From the NCBI GenBank assembly GCA_963607915.1, contig CAVDEO010000005.1, forward strand, positions 1-43,161: DNA of 43,161 bases, in the 5' to 3' direction. Shown in pieces: positions 37,610 to 43,161 of the stretch. The position numbers and the translations under genes were made by a program. The stretch comes from a bacterium. Its GTDB lineage: Bacteria; Bacteroidota; Bacteroidia; Bacteroidales; UBA932. The notes beneath the pieces were generated by a model, which had not been told where the DNA came from, did no database searches, and worked only from the letters and a program-made list of their open reading frames with translations. Positions within the stretch are counted from its first letter, which is position 1; the number at the start of each line of letters is the position of its first letter.

Positions 37610-38493
37610 CACAGAATGGTATCGTGAGAAAGTTCCGCCGCTTCCGTGTTCGGGAGACATTCGAGAGACCACACCGGGACTTCATCCAGAATTTCAGAAA
37701 TATAATTGCAGACGGCATCGGAAGTCTCTTCCGTGTAGTTCAGCGCGGGCGGAGCGGAAGGGAGCATCGCACCGATGGCCGACAGCGGGTTCAGGCGGGT
37801 AATCCTGTTGAACGGAGCCTGACTCAGGCGGACTATCGCCGCAAGAGGGTGGGATTCGGCTTTATAGCACGGGGTCTTGCCGCTCCACGGCGAGCCGAAG
37901 ACGAGGACTCTGCCGTCCGGCATCACCCTGATGAGGGGGCTATCGTCATTGAGCAGAAACGACTCCGGATATCTTTCCCGCAGCAGCCTCGTGTGAGTGC
38001 TCTTGCCGGTCCCGGATTCCCCGAGAAAAATCGCCGCCCGGCCGTCGAACACATTGGCGGAACAGTGGATTGCAAGGCAGTTGTGGAAACAGGTCAGGAA
38101 GTTCACCGCCGTCCAGAGCGCATATCTGTACATCGTGGCGGTCGCCCGGACAACCGAAGTCCTGACAATGGTGTCAGCTATGCCCCAGGTCTCCCAGAGT
38201 TCCTTGCCGGAATGTTCCTCGGTCATGTGGAAGATAATCATGTCCCCGTCGCGCCGGAAACTGCATCTGATGTCCTCGAACGCCACGTCGAAGTAGCTGT
38301 CCAGCCCCCCGGCTCTTTTCCTGAGTCCGTCCACGCCGTCCGCGTCAATCTCTTCCGAGACCCGGAAATCCGCCTCTGCGCCGCCGTCAGGGACGATGAA
38401 AGGCTTGAAAAAAGGCATCGCATGGATAAATCCGACAACATCCGGCCCGTCGAAACTGAATCGGAAGTCAGCTATTGAAAGTGTAACCGGCAT
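37609..38493 (-). CDS. HPr-kinase/PEPCK-related P-loop protein
   Basis: IHCS, FLGESGTGKSTH Walker A, LLNDD, FGSPWSGK; follows the PqqD gene in the same orientation. Confidence 0.75.
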   Translation of the reverse strand: MPVTLSIADFRFSFDGPDVVGFIHAMPFFKPFIVPDGGAEADFRVSEEIDADGVDGLRKRAGGLDSYFDVAFEDIRCSFRRDGDMIIFHMTEEHSGKELWETWGIADTIVRTSVVRATATMYRYALWTAVNFLTCFHNCLAIHCSANVFDGRAAIFLGESGTGKSTHTRLLRERYPESFLLNDDSPLIRVMPDGRVLVFGSPWSGKTPCYKAESHPLAAIVRLSQAPFNRITRLNPLSAIGAMLPSAPPALNYTEETSDAVCNYISEILDEVPVWSLECLPNTEAAELSHDTIL

Positions 38494-38505
38494 GTGCTTT
38501 ACGCT

Positions 38506-38778
38506 TTAGCAATTCTCAATCAGTCCGCACTCGACGAGTTTGCTGCACCACGCCTGTCCGTCGGTCGCCGCCGTCTCCATGTCTATCCCATATTCATTCA
38601 GGAGGGTGTCGATGACGTCGAACGAGGTGAATTCCCTGTCGTGAAACATGTTCCACAGAAAAAGTGAAGTCTCGTTGAGGGATATGATTCTGGTCATGTC
38701 GCCGCCATATTTGCCCTGCATTATGATGACGTTCTGGCCGGCAATCGTGCGCAGTTTGAACTTTGGAGAAATTTTCAT
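38506..38778 (-). CDS. PqqD-family (RiPP recognition element) protein
   Basis: 90 aa; F.LR.IAG...I.LNET..FLW...L..EY.ID.E.A..D.....L...GLIE pattern. Confidence 0.88.
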   Translation of the reverse strand: MKISPKFKLRTIAGQNVIIMQGKYGGDMTRIISLNETSLFLWNMFHDREFTSFDVIDTLLNEYGIDMETAATDGQAWCSKLVECGLIENC

Positions 38779-38950
38779 TGATGACTGTGTTTTTGCTTCG
38801 TGCCAGCGACACGGAATGTTTGTGCAAATGTCGCCAATTTGCCATTAAAATGCAAAAAATGGCCTGAATATTTGCATCTTAATGTTTTTCTGCATAACTT
38901 GCATCGGTTTTGAAAGAAAGTTTTCAATTACTAACTTTAATTTAAATATC

Positions 38951-39124
38951 ATGAAAGAGCTCGTAGCTAAGATCAATGCTGAAATCGCAGAATTTCAGGC
39001 AAACGCTGAGGCACAGGTTGTTAAGGGCAACAAGGCTGCCGGAGCACGTGCGCGCAAAAATGCGCTCGAACTTATGAAAGACCTCAAGGAATTCCGCAAG
39101 GTTTCCGTTGAAGCTTCGAAATAA
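38951..39124 (+). CDS. Histone H1-like (Hc1-family) small protein
   Basis: KGNKAAGARARK...L.K..KEFRKVS; -7 box TAACTTTG at 38895; true ATG at 38951. Confidence 0.85.
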   Translation: MKELVAKINAEIAEFQANAEAQVVKGNKAAGARARKNALELMKDLKEFRKVSVEASK

Positions 39125-39142
39125 GTTTAGTTTTCTGGAAAG

Positions 39143-39179
39143 AAAAGGGATGGCTGAAAGTTTTCGGCCATCCTTTTTT
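39143..39179. terminator. Bidirectional intrinsic terminator
   Basis: AAAAGGGATGGCTGAAA-GT-TTTCGGCCATCCTTTTTT between convergent genes. Confidence 0.85.
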
Positions 39180-39230
39180 GCGTCCCTTTAGATTCCGCAT
39201 TCTCTGCGAACCTGTTCTCTGCAGATCGAC

Positions 39231-40481
39231 CTATTTCCCGCTGACCTGTTCCCCGCCGGCGAGGCAGAAGTCCAGGTCTTTGGTGAGCTGCTCTTTGTCG
39301 AGGCGCTGGCCGATGAAGACGAGTTTCTGCATGCGGTCGCCGTATTCCGGATCCCAGTCTTTCATGAAGTCCGGGTCCTTAGCGGCGATTTCCCTGAGGT
39401 CTTCCTCCGGGGCGGTGGCGTACCATTTCCCGGCGGCCTTGAGCTGGAACTGGCGGCCCGCCTGCTCGAAGAGATATGACATGTCGGTGTCGTCGCTGAA
39501 ATAGCACAGGCCTTTGGCCCGTATGATGTTGTGCGGCCACTTCTTGGCGACGAAATTGTCGAACTTGTTCATGTCGAAGGCCGGGCGGCGGCAATAGACG
39601 AACGTCCCGATGCCGTATTCCTCGACTTCGCCGCCCTCGTGGTCGTGATGGTGGTGATGATGATGTCCGTCTTCATCGTGCCCGTCATCGTCGTGATGGT
39701 GGTGATGTTCCTGAGCAGCATCGTGTTCGCTCCGGTGGGCTTCTTCTTCGGAAAGTTCGATTCCCCTGACCCAGCCTGCGGAGGCTGACACCTTGTCGTA
39801 GTCGAAGAGGTGAGTGTCCAGCAGCTTTCCGAGTTCCACATCCGCATAGTCGCACTCGATGATTTCCGCTTTCGGCTGAAGTTCCCTGATGATGGTCTTT
39901 ATACGCTCAAGTTCCCTCGGCGAAACCTCCGAAGCCTTGTTGAGAAGAACGGTGTTGCAGAACTCAATCTGCTGGATTACGAGATTTTCGATGTCTTCCT
40001 CGTCAATGTCCTTCATCACGAGGGTGTCGCCGCAGTCAAACTCGCTCTGCATCCTCATCGCATCGACGACCGTCACGATGTTGTCGAGCCGGCATATCCC
40101 GTACTTTGTGTAGGGCCCGCCGAATGTCGGGATGCTGCAGATTGTCCGGGCGATAGGCTCCGGTTCGCAGATTCCGCTGGCCTCGATGACGATGTAGTCG
40201 AATTTCTGCATCTTCATGAGTTCATAAATCTGCTCAATCAGGTCGGTCTTCAGCGTGCAGCAGATGCAGCCGTTCTGGAGAGCCACGAGGCTTTCGTCTT
40301 TCTTTCCGACCACACCGCCTTTCTGGATGAGGTCAGCATCAATGTTCACTTCTCCGATGTCATTGACAATCACCGCGAAACGTATCCCGTTCCCGTTTGA
40401 CAGAATCCTGTTGAGGAGCGTCGTCTTGCCGCTTCCGAGATAACCGGTCAGCAGGAGCACCGGCATTTCCTTATTTTCCAT
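39231..40481 (-). CDS. COG0523/CobW-family metal-chaperone GTPase
   Basis: TGYLGSGKTT, VNDIGE, GCICC, IEASG, His-rich tract, RAKG, LVFIG. Confidence 0.93.
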   Translation of the reverse strand: MENKEMPVLLLTGYLGSGKTTLLNRILSNGNGIRFAVIVNDIGEVNIDADLIQKGGVVGKKDESLVALQNGCICCTLKTDLIEQIYELMKMQKFDYIVIEASGICEPEPIARTICSIPTFGGPYTKYGICRLDNIVTVVDAMRMQSEFDCGDTLVMKDIDEEDIENLVIQQIEFCNTVLLNKASEVSPRELERIKTIIRELQPKAEIIECDYADVELGKLLDTHLFDYDKVSASAGWVRGIELSEEEAHRSEHDAAQEHHHHHDDDGHDEDGHHHHHHHDHEGGEVEEYGIGTFVYCRRPAFDMNKFDNFVAKKWPHNIIRAKGLCYFSDDTDMSYLFEQAGRQFQLKAAGKWYATAPEEDLREIAAKDPDFMKDWDPEYGDRMQKLVFIGQRLDKEQLTKDLDFCLAGGEQVSGK

Positions 40482-40533
40482 ACCGTTCGTATTTCATACT
40501 TGTCGAAAAGGTTCATATTCAAATATCCCGGTT

Positions 40534-41445
40534 TCAGCATTCCGCAAGATAGACCGTGAATCCGACCGCCAGCAGAACCGAGAGGGCGAAAGTCGCCGTC
40601 ACCAGCATCGGCAGGTACTTGTCGAGGGCGCGGCCGCTGTTTTTCCAGACTCCGGCGAGATGGATGACATAGAGCGGAAGCGTCACGATGAAAAGGCAGT
40701 GCCGCCAGTCGAACATCCGGCATCCGAAGACATAGCCGAGCAGCAGCGCCCACCCCAGGGCAATCAGCACCGTCTGATATATCCTCGCATTCTTCTCCCC
40801 GAGCTTCATCGCCGTCGTCACCCGCGTCGCCGCGTCAGTCTTGATGTCCCTTATGTTGTTGACATTCAGTACTCCCACACAGAACAAGCCTATCGCGGAG
40901 GCCGGAAGCAGGAGGTAGAACGACGGAATCTCGTGAGCCACGACAAAATAGGCCCCGAGCACCGAGACGATTCCGAAGAAGGTGAACACGGCGATATCCC
41001 CGTGCCCCCGGTAGCCGTAGGGATGCCGTCCGAGAGTGTATCTCATCGCGGCCATCACGGCAAAGGCTCCGAGAATCAGGAGCAGGACAGGCTCAAGCTG
41101 AAAGAATGTTCCGTAGGAGGAATAGACCATCCCCGCTCCCGCGATGCAGCTCGCCGCGGCCCAGAACGCGACCATTCCCCTGTAGTCCCTGTCGTTCAGA
41201 TGCCCCTTGGAATAGTTCGGACCCTGTCTGTCGTCCCCGTCTGTTCCGCTGAGGTAATCCCCGTACTCGTTCGAGACATTCGAAAGAATCTGGAGACAGA
41301 CGGCTGTCAGAGCGACCAGCGCCGCCGTTCCCCAGTCGATGTGATAATCCGCCGCGGCCAGTCCGATTCCGGCGGTTATCCCCGCAAGCGACAGCGGCAA
41401 TGTCCTGAACCTTGCCGACATGACATAATATCTCAATTTTCCCAT
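40534..41445 (-). CDS. menA: 1,4-dihydroxy-2-naphthoate octaprenyltransferase
   Basis: R.RTLPLS, NEYGD...GTD, YT.G..PYGYRG.GD, NNIRD..TD. Confidence 0.92.
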   Translation of the reverse strand: MGKLRYYVMSARFRTLPLSLAGITAGIGLAAADYHIDWGTAALVALTAVCLQILSNVSNEYGDYLSGTDGDDRQGPNYSKGHLNDRDYRGMVAFWAAASCIAGAGMVYSSYGTFFQLEPVLLLILGAFAVMAAMRYTLGRHPYGYRGHGDIAVFTFFGIVSVLGAYFVVAHEIPSFYLLLPASAIGLFCVGVLNVNNIRDIKTDAATRVTTAMKLGEKNARIYQTVLIALGWALLLGYVFGCRMFDWRHCLFIVTLPLYVIHLAGVWKNSGRALDKYLPMLVTATFALSVLLAVGFTVYLAEC

Positions 41446-41521
41446 ATTCCCGATTTTGACAGAAACGGTGCGAAGTTACAACAGTTTTTAGAAATATGTC
41501 TATCTTTGCGGCAACAAAATT

Positions 41522-42211
41522 ATGGACAAATCACCCAAGACGGTGAGTTTGCTGTTCCTGCTTTTCAGCATACTCTTCTGCGTCTGCCTCATCACGGCGA
41601 ACCTTCTTGAAACAAAGCAGATTGCGGTCGGTCCGGTCTCATTGACCGGAGGTCTTCTGGTCTTTCCGATAAGTTACATCATCAATGACTGCGTATGCGA
41701 GGTCTGGGGCTACGGCAAGGCGCGCCTGCTCATCTGGACAGGCTTCGTCATGAACTTTTTCGTCGTAGCCATGGGGGCTCTCTGCGATGCCATCCCGCCC
41801 GCGCCCTACTGGGACAATCAGGCCGGATTCCACTCCATCTTCGGGCTTGCTCCGCGCATCGCCGCCGCATCATTCGTGGCGTTCATAGCCGGCTCTTTCG
41901 CCAACGCGTTCGTGATGAGCCGGATGAAGCACCGGGACGGAGAGAGGCGCTTCTCCCTGCGTGCCATACTCAGCACCGTGGCCGGCGAGAGTTTCGACAG
42001 TCTCGTCTTCTTTCCGATTGCCTTTCTCGGAGTCATACCCCTTGCCGAACTGCCCAAGATGATGCTCTGGCAGGTCTTTCTGAAGACCGTCTATGAAATA
42101 ATAGCCCTTCCGGTGACAATCCGCATCGTCCGCGCCCTGAAAAAACACGAAGGCGAGAACCCGGATGACGGGAACATTTCCTATAATATATTCAAAATCA
42201 AAGATATATAG
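41522..42211 (+). CDS. yhhQ: Queuosine precursor transporter (YhhQ/Vut_1)
   Basis: FPISYIIND...EVWG, PRIAAAS..AF..G, R...ST..GE..DS..F, LKT.YE. Confidence 0.9.
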   Translation: MDKSPKTVSLLFLLFSILFCVCLITANLLETKQIAVGPVSLTGGLLVFPISYIINDCVCEVWGYGKARLLIWTGFVMNFFVVAMGALCDAIPPAPYWDNQAGFHSIFGLAPRIAAASFVAFIAGSFANAFVMSRMKHRDGERRFSLRAILSTVAGESFDSLVFFPIAFLGVIPLAELPKMMLWQVFLKTVYEIIALPVTIRIVRALKKHEGENPDDGNISYNIFKIKDI

Positions 42212-42253
42212 TAATCGTTAAAAAATAGATAGTGGAGATTTTTTAAGGATTAC
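42209..42253. repeat. 45-bp short palindromic version of the MITE-like element
   Basis: TAGTAATCGTTAAAAAATAGATAGTGGAGATTTTTTAAGGATTAC aligns to the reverse complement of the 4266 end and carries both terminal repeats. Confidence 0.6.
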
Positions 42254-42413
42254 ACAGCTACGGCTTCACCGCTTTAATAGGTAAAATTACTTATTGGAAA
42301 AGTGATTGCACAGGCTCATCTTTGCACAAAATGATATCCGGGATGGGATGCGGATGCGGATGCCCGGATGGGATACAACTCATCAGACAAAAACACAACT
42401 AATCCATAATCAC

Positions 42414-43161
42414 ATGAAAAAAGCTGCACTTATAACTTTAATAACCTCTCTCGTGGCGGTCATTCCGTCAGAGGGACAGAACTTTCTTAACAAGATGAAA
42501 AACTCAGTTCAGAACACAGCATCAGCCAAGACGCAGGATTCGGCTTCGACGCAGGGCTCAGCCTCTTCTGAGACAGGCTCCGGGAAGATTTATTATGTCT
42601 CCGCCTCCGGCAGCAACCGCAACGACGCACTCACCCCTTCAACGGCCGTGAAGGATCTCCAGAAAGCCATCGACCTTGCCGAGGCGGGCTCAACTGTCCG
42701 CATCGCGGAGGGGAACTATCTGGGAAAACTCGACCAGGGTTATGTGGAAGTGAAGAAATACCTCAGCCTCGTCGGCGGGTGGAACAGCGGCTTCACTGAG
42801 CGCGACCCTTTGAAATACATCACCTCCATCCGTCCGGGCGCGACTCAGACGGGCACATCCGGCAGCCACGCCAGTCTCGAGGTCTATGTCCGGGGCGACA
42901 GCAACGGAGTGGTGCTGATTGACGGGATTGTTTTCGACAAGGGAGAGTACAACAGCTACTGCAGCTATGCCCCTGACGACGCCCGAACAGGCTCTCCGGA
43001 TGGCTGCGAGACCGGACGGCTTCTCATCGAGGGGGAGAATCCTCCCGTGCCGAAGGTGGGCGGAGCGCCAATCGGGAAACCTCTGCTTCGGGGCGATGTG
43101 GAGGGGCAGGTCACTGTACGCAACTGCGTCTTTGTCAACGGCTACCACTTCGCCATCGAGA
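42414..43161 (+). CDS. Secreted DUF1565/right-handed beta-helix protein (runs off the window end)
   Basis: Own translation: signal peptide MKKAALITLI..., IYYVSASGSNRND....AVKDLQKAIDLA...VRIAEGNY, VRNCVFVNG; no stop before the window end. Confidence 0.75.
   Translation, partial: MKKAALITLITSLVAVIPSEGQNFLNKMKNSVQNTASAKTQDSASTQGSASSETGSGKIYYVSASGSNRNDALTPSTAVKDLQKAIDLAEAGSTVRIAEGNYLGKLDQGYVEVKKYLSLVGGWNSGFTERDPLKYITSIRPGATQTGTSGSHASLEVYVRGDSNGVVLIDGIVFDKGEYNSYCSYAPDDARTGSPDGCETGRLLIEGENPPVPKVGGAPIGKPLLRGDVEGQVTVRNCVFVNGYHFAIE

Noticed and set aside
38640..38658. parS site (CGTGAAACATGTTCCACAG)
   Set aside because: Half-sites are in the wrong order and lie inside the pqqD coding sequence
41446..41521. 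preQ1 riboswitch before yhhQ
   Set aside because: The -7 box at about 41500 leaves almost no 5' UTR, and no aptamer motif is visible
42337..42375. GGATG(C/G) short repeats upstream of the last gene
   Set aside because: Short degenerate low-complexity tract with no supportable function

Overview
43 kb of GC-rich Bacteroidales chromosome (Bacteroidetes TAnnTTTG -7 promoter boxes, SusC/SusD, parA-parB-DUF5683-mltD synteny). Housekeeping genes (hpt, mltD, parAB, tyrS, tpiA, tkt, menA, yhhQ, COG0523 GTPase, tRNA-Thr) are interleaved with accessory DNA: a Sau3AI/MutH-type R-M pair, two stand-alone AAA_14 ATPases each preceded by a periodic repeat array, an ECF-sigma/FecR-controlled SusCD locus, a GH2, and an orphan PqqD/RRE + HprK-like kinase pair. 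The most interesting observation is at the end of the SusCD locus. An unannotated 50-aa ORF (28798-28950) has a lasso-like YxxPxI leader and shares its C-terminal 15-residue motif (ES-x-HE-x-[FY]-x6-W-x-stop) with the upstream Ig-domain/(DP)n lipoprotein. Both lie directly before a type-V-pilin-like lipoprotein, suggesting a peptide or tethered donor-strand anchoring system, possibly matured by the RRE/kinase pair about 9 kb away. Also seen: a MITE-like family (3 copies) and a synonymously recoded duplication of the mltD 3' end. All family calls come from motif recognition by eye; no searches were run.
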